A stretch of 60,770 nucleotides of DNA from Pseudomonadota bacterium (GCA_023432995.1 JAEZES010000151.1:1-60770); one strand, 5' to 3'. Counted from the first letter of the stretch, positions 1-10,038 are shown. Notes: generated by a model not told the origin, from the sequence alone. A program made the numbers and translations.

Positions 1-40
1 CGCCGGGACCGCATGCCACCGGCGTAGCGCTTCGGGACGA

Positions 41-65
41 GATCCCGGCTTTCGCCGGGATGACG
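41..65 (-). repeat. CGTC-tagged REP-like palindrome; probable inverted partner copy truncated at the window start
   Basis: Minus strand reads CGTCATCCCGGCGAAAGCCGGGATC; hairpin ATCCCGGC-TTTC-GCCGGGAT at 42-61. Bases 1-10 (CGCCGGGACC) resemble the tail of an oppositely oriented copy. Lies just downstream of the gap stop. Confidence 0.7.
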
Positions 66-70
66 GATGG

Positions 71-1078
71 TCAGAGGAACTTCGCCATCACCCCGGCGGT
101 GTCGATCATCCGGTTGGAGAAGCCCCACTCGTTGTCGTACCATGAGACGACCCGCGCGAGCTTGCCCTCGAGGACCGCGGTCTCGAGGCTGTCGACGGTC
201 GAGCTGGCCGGCTGGTGATTGAAGTCCGAGCTGACCAGGGGCTGGTCGGTGTAGTCGAGCACCCCCTTCATCGCACCCTCGGCCGCGGCCTTGAGCGCGG
301 CGTTGAGCTCGTCCTTGCTGGTGTCGCGCGAGGGCGTGAACACGAGATCGACGAGGCTGACGTTCGGCGTCGGCACGCGCACCGAGGAGCCGTCGAGCTT
401 GCCCTTGAGCTCGGGCAGCACGAGACCGACCGCGCGGGCGGCGCGGGTCGTGGTCGGGATCATGTTGAGCGCACCGGCGCGCGCGCGGCGCAGGTCCGAG
501 TGGATCTGGTCGAGCATGCGCTGGTCGTTGGTGTAGCTGTGGATCGTGGTCATGAAGCCACGCTCGATGCCGACCGCGTCGTGCAGCACCTTGGCGACCG
601 GCGCGAGGCAGTTGGTGGTGCAACTCGCGTTCGAGACGATCAGGTCGTCGGCGGTCAGCGTGTCCTGGTTGACGCCGAACACGATCGTCTTCGACACGCC
701 GGTCGCCGGAGCGGAGATCAGCACCCGCTTGGCGCCCGCGGCGAGGTGCGGCCGGCTGGCCTCGTCCGACTGGAAGAACCCGGTGCACTCGAGCACCAAC
801 TCGACGCCGAGGTCCTTGTGCGGCAGCTTGCCGGGGTCGCGCTCCTTGGTCACCACGATGTCGCGGCCGTTGACCTGGATGCTGTCGCCGTCCGAGGTGA
901 CCGTGCCGGGGAAGCGGCCGTGGGTGCTGTCGTAGGCGAACAGCAGCGCGTTAGACTTCGGATCGGCCAGGTCGTTGATCGCGACCAGCTCGAAATCGTG
1001 GTCGGTGCGCTCGAGGAGTGCCCGTGCAACGAGCCGTCCGATACGCCCGAACCCGTTGATCGCAACCTTCACCGCCAT
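71..1078 (-). CDS. gap: Type I glyceraldehyde-3-phosphate dehydrogenase
   Basis: [15 protein letters not shown] start, catalytic [16 protein letters not shown]; start trimmed to the ATG at 1078. Confidence 0.98.
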   Translation of the reverse strand: MAVKVAINGFGRIGRLVARALLERTDHDFELVAINDLADPKSNALLFAYDSTHGRFPGTVTSDGDSIQVNGRDIVVTKERDPGKLPHKDLGVELVLECTGFFQSDEASRPHLAAGAKRVLISAPATGVSKTIVFGVNQDTLTADDLIVSNASCTTNCLAPVAKVLHDAVGIERGFMTTIHSYTNDQRMLDQIHSDLRRARAGALNMIPTTTRAARAVGLVLPELKGKLDGSSVRVPTPNVSLVDLVFTPSRDTSKDELNAALKAAAEGAMKGVLDYTDQPLVSSDFNHQPASSTVDSLETAVLEGKLARVVSWYDNEWGFSNRMIDTAGVMAKFL

Positions 1079-1092
1079 GGGAAGAACTCCTG

Positions 1093-3075
1093 CTACTTGC
1101 CTAGTTTGTTGAGAATTTGCGGAACGATGGCCTCGGCCGAGAAGCCGAAGTGCTTGAACAGGACCTCGGCCGGCGCCGACGCGCCGAAGCGGTCGAGTCC
1201 GATCGTCAGGCCGTCGTTGCCGACGTAGCGCTCCCAGCCGAGCGTGACGCCGGCCTCGATCGAAACCTTGAGCACATCGGACGGAAGCAGCTCGGCGCGG
1301 AACCCGGCGTCCTGCTTGTCGAACAGTTCGACACAGGGCATCGAGACAATGTCGGCGCCGATCCCCCGCGCCTCCAATTCCTTGGCACAGTCGAGCGCGA
1401 CCGCAACCTCGGAGCCGGTCGCGACGAGCACCACCTGGCGCGACGCCTCGGCCGCCTTCAGGCGATAGGCGCCCTTCGCGCACCGGTTCTCGGCGCCGCC
1501 GTCGCTGCGCACCGGCGGCAGGTTCTGCCGCGACAGCGCGAGCACCGCGGGGGTGCTGGGGGTCGCCAGCGCAAGCGCCCAGCATTCGGCCGTCTCGATC
1601 GCGTCGGCCGGACGGAACACGTTGAGGTTGGGGATCAGGCGCAGGCTCATGACCTGCTCGACCGGCTGGTGCGTCGGCCCATCCTCGCCGAGGCCGATCG
1701 AATCGTGCGTCAGCACATAAACGACTTGCACCCGCTGCAGCGCCGACAGGCGGATCGCGTTGCGCGCGTAGTCGCTGAAGATCAGGAACGTGCCGCCGTA
1801 GGGCACCACGCCGCCGTGCAGCGCCATGCCGTTCATCGCCGCCGCCATCCCGAACTCGCGGATGCCGTAGTAGATGTAGCGGCCGGAGTAGTCGTTGCGC
1901 GTGAACGGCTGGGTAGCCGCGGTCTTGGTGTTGTTCGAGCCGGTCAGGTCGGCCGAGCCGCCGATCAGCTGCGGCAGGGCCTCGGTCAGCGGACCGAGCG
2001 CCATCTCCGAGGCCTTGCGCGAGGCGACCTTCGGCGGGTCCTGGGCCAGCGAGGCGACGTGCCGGGCCATGATCGGACCGGCGAGTTCGCCGACCGGCTT
2101 GAGCCGCGCCTCGAACGCTTCGCGCTGCGGCGACGCCGCGAGACGAGCCTGCCAGGCGCGGTTGGCGTCGGCGCCCTTCGCCCCGAGCGAGCGCCAGTCG
2201 GCGAGAATCTCCGCCGGAACGACGAACGGCTCGGCGGTCCAGCCGAGGTACTCGCGCGCCGCGGCCACTTCGTCGGCGCCGAGCGGATTGCCGTGCACGG
2301 CGCTCGTGCCCTGCTTGTTGGGGGCGCCCTTGCCGATCACCGTGCGGCAGGCGACCAGCGAGGGGCGCGGGTCGGCCGCGGCCTCGGCCAGAGCGCGGCG
2401 CACGTCGGCGACGTCATGGCCGTCGCACTCGGTCGTGTGCCACCCGGTCGCCCGGTAGCGCGCCGGAATGTCCTCGCTGGTCGAGAGGTCGGTGTGGCCG
2501 TCGATGGTGACCTTGTTGTCGTCCCACAGCACGATCAGGTTGCTGAGCCCAAGATGCCCGGCGAGGCCGATCGCCTCGTGGTTGATCCCTTCCATCAGGC
2601 AGCCGTCGCCAGCGATGACCCAGGTCTTGTGGTCGACCAGTTCGCTGCCGAACACGGCGTTGAGGTGCCGCTCGGCGATCGCCATGCCGACGCCCATCGC
2701 CAGCCCCTGCCCGAGCGGACCGGTGGTCGCCTCGACGCCGTCGATCAGGAAGTTCTCCGGGTGCCCTGCGCAGGGACTGCCGAGCTGACGGAAGTTGCGG
2801 ATGTCGTCCATCGTCGGCGAGGCGTAGCCGGTCAGGTGGAGCAGCGCGTAGATCAGCATCGAGCCGTGGCCGGCCGAGAGCACGAACCGGTCGCGGTCGG
2901 GCCAGTGCGGATCGGCCGGATCGAACTTGAGGAATTCGGAGAACAGCACGGTGGCGACATCGGCCATGCCCATCGGCATGCCCGGGTGGCCGATGTTCGC
3001 CTTCTGCACCGCGTCCATCGACAGGGCGCGAATGGCGTTCGCCATGGGCGCGAGACGGGCGGTATCGAGGCTCAT
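1093..3075 (-). CDS. tkt: Transketolase
   Basis: [29 protein letters not shown] ThDP motif, [11 protein letters not shown]. Confidence 0.98.
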   Translation of the reverse strand: MSLDTARLAPMANAIRALSMDAVQKANIGHPGMPMGMADVATVLFSEFLKFDPADPHWPDRDRFVLSAGHGSMLIYALLHLTGYASPTMDDIRNFRQLGSPCAGHPENFLIDGVEATTGPLGQGLAMGVGMAIAERHLNAVFGSELVDHKTWVIAGDGCLMEGINHEAIGLAGHLGLSNLIVLWDDNKVTIDGHTDLSTSEDIPARYRATGWHTTECDGHDVADVRRALAEAAADPRPSLVACRTVIGKGAPNKQGTSAVHGNPLGADEVAAAREYLGWTAEPFVVPAEILADWRSLGAKGADANRAWQARLAASPQREAFEARLKPVGELAGPIMARHVASLAQDPPKVASRKASEMALGPLTEALPQLIGGSADLTGSNNTKTAATQPFTRNDYSGRYIYYGIREFGMAAAMNGMALHGGVVPYGGTFLIFSDYARNAIRLSALQRVQVVYVLTHDSIGLGEDGPTHQPVEQVMSLRLIPNLNVFRPADAIETAECWALALATPSTPAVLALSRQNLPPVRSDGGAENRCAKGAYRLKAAEASRQVVLVATGSEVAVALDCAKELEARGIGADIVSMPCVELFDKQDAGFRAELLPSDVLKVSIEAGVTLGWERYVGNDGLTIGLDRFGASAPAEVLFKHFGFSAEAIVPQILNKLGK

Positions 3076-3207
3076 GCAGCAAGGCTCCGGGCAACGTGGA
3101 AACGGGGCCGAGAGTCGCCCCCGAGTCGGATGGGCGCTCCTTGGGAAACGCCTGCCGCCGCGTCAAGCGGCGCTCGCCGGCCCCGGGGCCTTAAGCGGCC
3201 CCAAGGT

Positions 3208-3216
3208 TTATTCACA
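3208..3216 (+). promoter_or_regulatory. Candidate DnaA box
   Basis: TTATTCACA matches TTWTNCACA, in the divergent tkt/zapA intergenic region. Confidence 0.4.
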
Positions 3217-3234
3217 GCTTCGACAGCCAACGCT

Positions 3235-3263
3235 TTGCTGGCAAATGCTCTTTCGCCTAGACC
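3235..3263 (+). promoter_or_regulatory. Sigma70-type promoter, probably giving a leaderless zauP-zapA mRNA
   Basis: TTGCTG-N17-TAGACC, 7 nt before ATG 3271; no SD. Confidence 0.5.
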
Positions 3264-3270
3264 TGCAAGC

Positions 3271-3468
3271 ATGGCGGGGGATCGCATCGCGCAGGCGCTG
3301 GCCCGGATCGAGGCCGCGGCAAGCCGGATCGAGGCGGCGGCGGGGTCGCGCGCCCCCACCTCCGCTGGCGGCGACCCGGAGGTTTCTCGCAAGTATGAGA
3401 CCCTGCGCCGGGAGACGGCGGCCGCCCTGGCGGACCTCGACCGCCTGATCGGGTCGCTCGAGCCGTGA
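3271..3468 (+). CDS. Small coiled-coil protein upstream of zapA (ZauP/DUF4164-like)
   Basis: 65 aa, heptad-like IAQALARIEAAASRIE; GTGA overlap with zapA; position matches the alphaproteobacterial zauP-zapA pair. Confidence 0.75.
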   Translation: MAGDRIAQALARIEAAASRIEAAAGSRAPTSAGGDPEVSRKYETLRRETAAALADLDRLIGSLEP

Positions 3469-3773
3469 GCAACGTGACCGTCTCGATCGGCGGACGGCAC
3501 TACACCGTGGCCTGCGCCGCGGGTGAAGAGCAGCACATCGAGATGCTCGGCCGGGCGATCGACGGCAAGTTGCAGGGAATGGCCAACCTCGCCGGGCAGT
3601 CGGAGGCGCGCACGCTGCTGTTCGCGGCGTTGCTGTTGGCCGACGAACTGCATGAGGCCCGCTCTGGAGGGTCCGCGCCGGCCGCCGGGCCCTCGCCGGT
3701 GGTCGGCGACGCGCTCGAGGCGCTGGCGAGCCGGTTGGAGCGTGTCGCGGAACTACTCGAGGGGACCGGCTAG
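3465..3773 (+). CDS. zapA: Cell division protein ZapA
   Basis: VTVSIGGRHYTVAC..GEE and LLFAALLLADEL motifs; tkt/ssrS synteny. Confidence 0.93.
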   Translation: MSNVTVSIGGRHYTVACAAGEEQHIEMLGRAIDGKLQGMANLAGQSEARTLLFAALLLADELHEARSGGSAPAAGPSPVVGDALEALASRLERVAELLEGTG

Positions 3774-3833
3774 GCACGCCTTTCCGGGCGGCGCTCGGGC
3801 CTCTATGAGTCTGGCCAGAGGGGGAACCGGCCC

Positions 3834-4403
3834 ATGCTCGAAATTGTCATTGTCGCCGCCCTGGTAGTTGTCATCGCCGTCTGGGGCGTGTCGATTTACA
3901 ACCGCCTCGTCAGGCTCAGGGCTCTGGTCAACGAAGGCTTCAGCGGCATCACCGTGCAGCTCCGCCGCCGCGCCGACCTCATCCCGAACCTCGTCAGCAC
4001 CGTCGAAGGCTACGCCGCGCACGAACGCGGCACGCTCAATGAAGTGATTGCGCATCGCGGCGACGCGACGTCGGCAAGCGGTGTCGCTGCCACGGCCGCC
4101 GCCGACAATGCGTTCTCCGCGCTGCTCGGGCGGCTCATGGCCGTCGCCGAAGCCTACCCTGACCTCAAGGCCGACGCCAATTTCCGCCAGCTGCAAGAGG
4201 AGCTGAGCGAGATCGAGGACCACCTGCAGAGCGCGCGGCGCTACTACAATGCGACCGTGCGCGACCTCAACACGCGTATCCAGTCGTTTCCCGACCTCCT
4301 GTTCGCTCGGCCGCTCGGCTTTGCCGAGGCCGAGTTTTACCAGGACGGCGACGCGTCGATCCAGCAGGTCCCGAAGGTCGCGTTCGGCACGGCGAAGGCC
4401 TGA
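3834..4403 (+). CDS. lemA: LemA family protein
   Basis: N-terminal TM, YNRLV, RRADLIPNLV, AEAYPDLKA, ARRYYN. Confidence 0.95.
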   Translation: MLEIVIVAALVVVIAVWGVSIYNRLVRLRALVNEGFSGITVQLRRRADLIPNLVSTVEGYAAHERGTLNEVIAHRGDATSASGVAATAAADNAFSALLGRLMAVAEAYPDLKADANFRQLQEELSEIEDHLQSARRYYNATVRDLNTRIQSFPDLLFARPLGFAEAEFYQDGDASIQQVPKVAFGTAKA

Positions 4404-4407
4404 GCCG

Positions 4408-6378
4408 GTGATCCGCGGCGCAAGGTCGCTGCTCGCGCTGCTCGTGGCGGCGCTGGCGCTCGTGCTGCCTGCACCCGGCAGCGCTGCCCCGTTTCCGTCC
4501 GTCGTCAAGGTCCCGCTCGTGCCGCAGGGCGAGCGGATCGTGTCGTGGCGGAGCGACATCGAGGTGCTTGCCGACGGCACGCTGGACGTCACAGAGACGA
4601 TCCGCGTCAATGTCGAAGGCTACCAGATCAACCGGGGAATCTACCGCGACTTCCCGACCACCTACCAGCGCGACGGCCGCCGCGTTCGCGTCGGCTTCGA
4701 CGTCGAGAGCGTCGAGCGCAATGGCCAGAGCGAGCCCTATGCCCTCGAGAGCGCTGGCAACGGCGTGCGCGTGCGCATCGGCGACGCGGAAGTCTACCTT
4801 CCCCACGGCGAGCACACTTACGTCGTCCGCTACAGGACGACGCGCCAGCTCGGCTTCTTCGCAGGCTACGACGAACTCTACTGGAACGTGACCGGCAACG
4901 GCTGGGCCTTCCCGATCGACCGCGCCGAGGCGCGCATCCGCCTGCCCGAACCGGTGCCGTTCGGTCCGGAACGCGCGTTCTACACCGGCCCGCAGGGCGC
5001 TACCGGCGGCGACGCGGCGGTACTATCGGAGCATCCGGGCGAGATCGTCATCGGCACGACCGCGGCGCTCCAGCCGTACGAGGGCCTGACGGTCGCGGTG
5101 CGCTGGCCCAAAGGTGTTGTCGCCGAGCCGCCTCCGCCCACCGCGGCTCAACTGGCGATGCAGGAACGTGGGCCTGTCGCCGGCGTCGTCGCGGCGCTGG
5201 TCGCACTCTTCGGATACTATTTCATGGCCTGGAAAAGGGCCGGGCGCGGTCCACTTCCCGGCACCGTCGTGCCCCGGTTCGCTCCGCCCGAGGGCATGTC
5301 GGCCGCCGCCGTCCGCTACGTCAAGCGCATGGGCTTCGACGACCGCTGCTTCGCCGCGGCGATCGTCGAGAGCGGCGTGGGCGGCGAGCTCAAGCTGGTC
5401 GAGGGCGAGAAGCCCTTGTTCGGGCGCGCAAAGACGACTCTCGTGCACACGCCGGGTGAAAGCGATCTGCCGCGCGGGGAGCGGAACATGCTGGCGGCGC
5501 TGTTCACCGGCAGCAATTCGATCGAGATGGACGACGCCAACCATGCGCGCTTCGGCGCCGCGCGAAAGGCGCTGCAGGACGCCCTCGAGGACGCCTACAA
5601 GGGCCGCCTGTTCGCCCGCAACCTCGGCTGGGCGTGGGTCGGCATCCTGGTGCTGATCGCGGCGATGCTGTTCGTGGGCACGCTCGTCGCGTGGACCGAT
5701 CTCTACATGACCTCGTTCGAGCGCGCTGTTCCCACGGCGGGACTGGCCCTGGCTCTCTTCGCGCTGGCGCTTCGCTGGCGCCAGGCCAAGGGGTGGCCGC
5801 TGCTCGCACTCGGGGCGCTCGCTGTTCTTGGCAGCATTGTCTTGCTCGTCATGTCGATCGGACTCCTGTCGCAGGCCGTTCCCATCTCGAGCTGGGCGTG
5901 GATGTTCGCCCCGCTGGTCGCTTTACCCGTGGTCCTGTCGGCGTTCGCGTGGATGGCGGCCCCGACGACCGACGGCCGCGCGGTGATGGATCGCATCGAC
6001 GGCTTCGAGCAGTATCTCTCGATCACCGAGGAAGACCGGCTCGAAGCCCTCCATCCCCCCGCGAAGACCCCCGAGCTGTTCGAGCGCTTCCTGCCCTATG
6101 CGATCGCGCTCGGGGTCGAGAACCGCTGGGCCGACAAGTTCGCCGATGTGCTCGCGGCCGCCTCGGCCGATCCTGCGCGCCGGGATAGCGGCACGTTCGG
6201 CTGGTACTCGGGCTCGAGCAACGCCTGGTCGAACCCCTCGCGCTTCGCCGGTACCGTCGGTGCCTCGCTCGCCAGCAGCGTCGCTTCGGCGTCGACCGCC
6301 CCCGGCTCGAGCAGCGGCTCCGGCGGCGGCGGCTCGTCGGGCGGCGGAGGCGGCGGCGGTGGTGGCGGCGGCTGGTAG
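4408..6378 (+). CDS. DUF2207 family membrane protein
   Basis: Signal peptide, RGIYRDFP, YDELYWNVTG, FERFLPYAIALGV, Gly/Ser tail ending GGGGW; usual LemA partner. GTG start at 4408 inferred. Confidence 0.9.
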   Translation: MIRGARSLLALLVAALALVLPAPGSAAPFPSVVKVPLVPQGERIVSWRSDIEVLADGTLDVTETIRVNVEGYQINRGIYRDFPTTYQRDGRRVRVGFDVESVERNGQSEPYALESAGNGVRVRIGDAEVYLPHGEHTYVVRYRTTRQLGFFAGYDELYWNVTGNGWAFPIDRAEARIRLPEPVPFGPERAFYTGPQGATGGDAAVLSEHPGEIVIGTTAALQPYEGLTVAVRWPKGVVAEPPPPTAAQLAMQERGPVAGVVAALVALFGYYFMAWKRAGRGPLPGTVVPRFAPPEGMSAAAVRYVKRMGFDDRCFAAAIVESGVGGELKLVEGEKPLFGRAKTTLVHTPGESDLPRGERNMLAALFTGSNSIEMDDANHARFGAARKALQDALEDAYKGRLFARNLGWAWVGILVLIAAMLFVGTLVAWTDLYMTSFERAVPTAGLALALFALALRWRQAKGWPLLALGALAVLGSIVLLVMSIGLLSQAVPISSWAWMFAPLVALPVVLSAFAWMAAPTTDGRAVMDRIDGFEQYLSITEEDRLEALHPPAKTPELFERFLPYAIALGVENRWADKFADVLAAASADPARRDSGTFGWYSGSSNAWSNPSRFAGTVGASLASSVASASTAPGSSSGSGGGGSSGGGGGGGGGGGW

Positions 6379-6407
6379 TTGCCCTTCGGGCCCCGAGACC
6401 CTAGATA
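6379..6407 (+). promoter_or_regulatory. Sigma70-type promoter of 6S RNA
   Basis: TTGCCC-N17-TAGATA, 6 nt before the predicted RNA 5' end. Confidence 0.6.
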
Positions 6408-6413
6408 GGTGTC

Positions 6414-6583
6414 GGCGGGACTGCTCGGCACGAGCCGACAGAATATCCCTGAGGCTATAAGCAATCCATGGGAGCTGTCCCTGCCCGGTTCGCGGGTTCG
6501 TCCCGAGGGCCGGTGCATATGGCGCCCACCTGACGTTGAGGCGTCAGAGGATTTCCCGGCAACCGACCCATAGTGGTTCCGCC
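6414..6583 (+). ncRNA. ssrS: 6S RNA
   Basis: About 170 nt with complementary ends (GGCGGGACTGCT/AGTGGTTCCGCC), internal ATCCCTGAGGCT...GGGAGCTGTCC...GGCGCCCACCTG segments, immediately upstream of ygfA. Confidence 0.88.
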
Positions 6584-6621
6584 ACTTGCCCTTGCGCCCG
6601 AACCTGACCAAGAGGGCGCGC

Positions 6622-7206
6622 ATGTCCGATATCGCCGATCACAAGAAGCGCCTGCGCGGAGACTTGCGCCGCAAGCGTCTCGAGCACGCCGCCGCGTTGC
6701 CAGCCGAAGTCAGCGCATTGATCTTCAACCGCCCGCCGGGCGCCGTGCTCGATCTCGTGCCCGCCGGTGCGACGATCGGGCTCTACCGCTCCGACGAGGG
6801 CGAGGCGCCGTCGCGCGGCTACATCCGCTTCTTCTTCGAGCGCGGCCACCCGATCGCGCTTCCCCGGGTGACCACGCTCGACAAGCCGATGGAATTCCGC
6901 CGGCACACCGACCCCTACGAGGAAACCGACCTCGAGGCCGGGGTCTGGGGCCTTCGCCAGCCGCGGATGGACGCCCCGGTGGTGGTGCCCGAGGTGCTGT
7001 TCATGCCGCTGGTCGGTTTTACCGCCAAAGGCGACCGGCTCGGCCAGGGCGGCGGATACTACGATCGCTACCTGGCCGCGCACCCCCAGACGATCGCCGT
7101 CGGCATGGCGTGGGACGTGCAGGAGGTCGCCGAACTGCCGACCGAGCTGCACGACATGCGCCTGACCGCGATCGTCACCCCGACGCGAGTGCTCGGGCCT
7201 TTCTGA
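6622..7206 (+). CDS. ygfA: 5-formyltetrahydrofolate cyclo-ligase
   Basis: KKRLR N-terminus, PLVGF, RLGQGGGYYDRYL, HD motif; follows ssrS. Confidence 0.95.
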   Translation: MSDIADHKKRLRGDLRRKRLEHAAALPAEVSALIFNRPPGAVLDLVPAGATIGLYRSDEGEAPSRGYIRFFFERGHPIALPRVTTLDKPMEFRRHTDPYEETDLEAGVWGLRQPRMDAPVVVPEVLFMPLVGFTAKGDRLGQGGGYYDRYLAAHPQTIAVGMAWDVQEVAELPTELHDMRLTAIVTPTRVLGPF

Positions 7207-7418
7207 TGCGCGACAAGCCGACGCTGAGGATCCCGCTCGGTATCCTCGCGCTGCTGCTCGGGCTCGGCGTCTATGCCGCTTGCGTGGTGTGGGCTTCACA
7301 ATGGATCGAACGGCTGCCACCGCTGGGGCAGGCGTTCGTCTACCTCGTGCTCGGCGTGATCTGGCTCGCGCCGCTCAGGCGCTTCCTCATCTGGATGGAG
7401 ACCGGCCGCTGGGGCTGA
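7206..7418 (+). CDS. DUF2842-like small membrane protein
   Basis: 70 aa, two TM segments, ends WMETGRWG; TGATG coupling with ygfA. Confidence 0.8.
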   Translation: MRDKPTLRIPLGILALLLGLGVYAACVVWASQWIERLPPLGQAFVYLVLGVIWLAPLRRFLIWMETGRWG

Positions 7419-7425
7419 TAGGACC

Positions 7426-8670
7426 CTAACGGGTCAGGGTCCCCCGGATGAGGCGCCAGGCGCGTGCGCGGTAGATGCCCGGCAGGTCTCCGAACGTCAG
7501 GCCTGGCGGGTGCAACTCGCGCAAGGCCTGGGTCAGCTTGTGCAGCGGCGACAGCGACCACATGAAACGCTCCTCGAGCGAGCAGCGCAGCACGCGCTGG
7601 GCGGTGCCCGGCGTGAGCTCCGCGATGACCCGGCGAACGGGCTGCGGAACCTCTCTCTCGCAGGCGTCGAGCACCTCGCGCGGGACGGTGCCGGGAGCCA
7701 GGTGCTCGGCGAGGCGAAGCGCGGGATAAGTCATCGGCAACGCACGCGCCCGCTTGGCTAGCGCGATGTAATCGGCCCAATCGACGGGACGGGCGCGGAT
7801 CCCGAAGACCAGCTCGACCAGGCGCAGCAGCGACAAGCTCTGGAGCCCGCAGCTGGCATGACAGGCAAGATGGACGAGGCGTGCTTCGTCGGCGAGCGTG
7901 ACCGCTTTCGCCGACAGCCGCCAGGGTTCGAGCGTGGTGGCGGACCGGAGCCGATCCAGTTCGATCACCGGGGCGCCGTACGAGTAGCGGCGGTCGAGCG
8001 AGGTCTGCAGGTCGACCGACCAGGGGTCGTCCGCATGGACGAGGGCGAGAGTCCGCGGCTCGGACGGAGAGTTGGCCATCCGCCAGTTGCGGGCCGGCGG
8101 AAAGCGCCCGATACGGCCAGGCACGAACCCCATGCGGCTCAGCACGGCGCTCGCGGCCGGCTCTCGTGCCGGATCGACCAGCAGGTCGATGTCGGACAGC
8201 GGCCGGACGGCGGGCTCGGGGAAGATTGACCAGGCCGTGTCCATTCCCTTGAACACCATCGCGGCCACTCCCGCGTCGGCGAGCGCTTCGACGAGGGCCT
8301 GGGCGCGGCGGGCCATCGCCTCCATCCGGCGCGCGTTGTGCCGCAAATGGAGCTCGAGAATAGCCCCGATGTCCGCCGGCGCCTCGATCAGTCCCTGACG
8401 CAGCCAGGCCCCGAGCTGCGGTCCCATCCCGCTGGTGTATGCGGCAACACCCAGCGCCTCGGGCGGTCCCCGAAGCCGCTCTCCGGCGTTCTCTGCGGAC
8501 AGGACCTGCCGCGTGACTCTTTCGATTTGCCCGAGCGCCATCTGCCACGCCTCGACCGGCGTCTCGGGCCACAACCATCGTGGATGGCCTTGCCGGACGG
8601 CCCAGTCGAACCGGCGGCGCACCTCGTCGGGGCGCAGGTCGAAGGCATCGAACGGCAGAATCGTCGGCAC
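7426..8670 (-). CDS. Nucleotidyltransferase family protein (NTP_transf_5-like)
   Basis: MVFKG...RPLSDIDLLV pol-beta-type motif, VDLQ, HLACH. Confidence 0.8.
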   Translation of the reverse strand: MPTILPFDAFDLRPDEVRRRFDWAVRQGHPRWLWPETPVEAWQMALGQIERVTRQVLSAENAGERLRGPPEALGVAAYTSGMGPQLGAWLRQGLIEAPADIGAILELHLRHNARRMEAMARRAQALVEALADAGVAAMVFKGMDTAWSIFPEPAVRPLSDIDLLVDPAREPAASAVLSRMGFVPGRIGRFPPARNWRMANSPSEPRTLALVHADDPWSVDLQTSLDRRYSYGAPVIELDRLRSATTLEPWRLSAKAVTLADEARLVHLACHASCGLQSLSLLRLVELVFGIRARPVDWADYIALAKRARALPMTYPALRLAEHLAPGTVPREVLDACEREVPQPVRRVIAELTPGTAQRVLRCSLEERFMWSLSPLHKLTQALRELHPPGLTFGDLPGIYRARAWRLIRGTLTR

Positions 8671-8766
8671 CGGCCATGGTTGTCCGGACGAGGCCGGAAG
8701 TGGCCCGTCCCCACGCGTCAGTGGCAGCTGTCGCTGGAACCGTTCAACGAGGGGATGGAACCCAAG

Positions 8767-8843
<77 letters not shown>

Positions 8844-8887
8844 GGACCCAGACGTTTGGGCGGGCGTTGCACCGCTTGGGAGCCGCG

Positions 8888-8916
8888 CCCCTAGGGCAGC
8901 GTCTCGGGGCTGTCAA
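8888..8916 (-). promoter_or_regulatory. Sigma70-type promoter of tRNA-Asp
   Basis: TTGACA-N17-TAGGGG on the minus strand. Confidence 0.55.
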
Positions 8917-9046
8917 CCGCCCTTCCCTCGCCGTCTTTCGAGCGCCGGCGCGGACCCGGATCGCCGCTCGCGTTAACCATATTTTGTCGGCTTCGGACGC
9001 ATGGAAACGGCGCCGCGGCGTCAGGCCGCGCGATTGGGGGACTACC

Positions 9047-9439
9047 ATGCGTGGGACGATCGCTTGCGCGGCGCTGCTCGCTTCGAGCGCAGCTTCGGCA
9101 CAGCCCGTTGCCGTCGAGAGCGCGGTCTACGTCGAGACCGTCGACGGCGATGGCGCGCGCGTCATCGCGCCCGCTGAGCGCGTCGTGCGCGGAGATCGCG
9201 TCGTCACGATCTTGCGCTGGGAGGCGCGCGGCGACGGCAGGTTCACGGCGGTCAGCCGAATCCCGGCGAGTCTCGCGATCGAGAGCGCGAGCACTCGCAG
9301 GCTCGAAGTGTCGACCGATGGCGGGCGCAACTGGAGGCGCCTCGACGAGCCCGACCGGTTCCCCCCCGGCGCCACGCACCTGCGCTGGCGCATCGGCCGC
9401 GGCGAAGGGCGCCTGAGCTACCGCGCGGTGGTTCGCTAG
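9047..9439 (+). CDS. Secreted beta-rich hypothetical protein
   Basis: GGGGGA SD, signal peptide ending ASA-Q, VSTDGGRNW and THLRW segments. Confidence 0.75.
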   Translation: MRGTIACAALLASSAASAQPVAVESAVYVETVDGDGARVIAPAERVVRGDRVVTILRWEARGDGRFTAVSRIPASLAIESASTRRLEVSTDGGRNWRRLDEPDRFPPGATHLRWRIGRGEGRLSYRAVVR

Positions 9440-10038
9440 CGTTCGTACTTCCAGTTTCGGCGCTTGCCTTCGGCGAGCCACTCGAGCGCCTGCTCGATCC
9501 GCCGCCGGCGCGTCTCGTCGCGCTTCGCCTCGGTGATCCACTCGAGGTATTCATAGCGGTGGGAGGGCGCGAGGCCGTCGAAGACCTGCGCGGCGGCAGG
9601 ATTGGCCGCGAGCGCCACGGCGAAATCGTCGGGAACGTCGATCGTCCTCGCCGGACGGCGCTGCGCCGCGGGCTTGGGCTTTAGCGCCGTGCCGGCCGCG
9701 TCGATCCGGGCCTGCGCTGCACGCAGCTTGGCGATGAGGTCACCGTCCGGCGGAACGTCGGCCAACGAGCGGATCTTGCCGAACGAGCCCATCCCGGCAT
9801 CCTCACCCGCGTCGCCCTGCCGGCCTTCGCCGTGGATCATGAACGCGCAGTGCTCCTTGAACGCGGCCATGCCGGCGATGTTCTTCCCCTTGTAGGTGAA
9901 GTGCGGCATGCCCCACTTGATGGCCTCGCCGGCCTCCGGAACCGCCTGGTGGACCAGCGCCCGCAGATGGTCGAGGATCGGCCGCGCGAACGCGGCGGCC
10001 TTGGCGATCTTCTCGTCGATGCGCGGGTCGCGCGCCAT
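9436..10038 (-). CDS. YdeI/OmpD-associated family protein
   Basis: EAIKWGMPHF, AAFKEHC, YLEWITEAKRDETR. Confidence 0.9.
   Translation of the reverse strand: MARDPRIDEKIAKAAAFARPILDHLRALVHQAVPEAGEAIKWGMPHFTYKGKNIAGMAAFKEHCAFMIHGEGRQGDAGEDAGMGSFGKIRSLADVPPDGDLIAKLRAAQARIDAAGTALKPKPAAQRRPARTIDVPDDFAVALAANPAAAQVFDGLAPSHRYEYLEWITEAKRDETRRRRIEQALEWLAEGKRRNWKYER

Noticed and set aside
6300..6378. GGC-rich tandem repeat
   Set aside because: Encodes the normal Gly/Ser tail of DUF2207 proteins.
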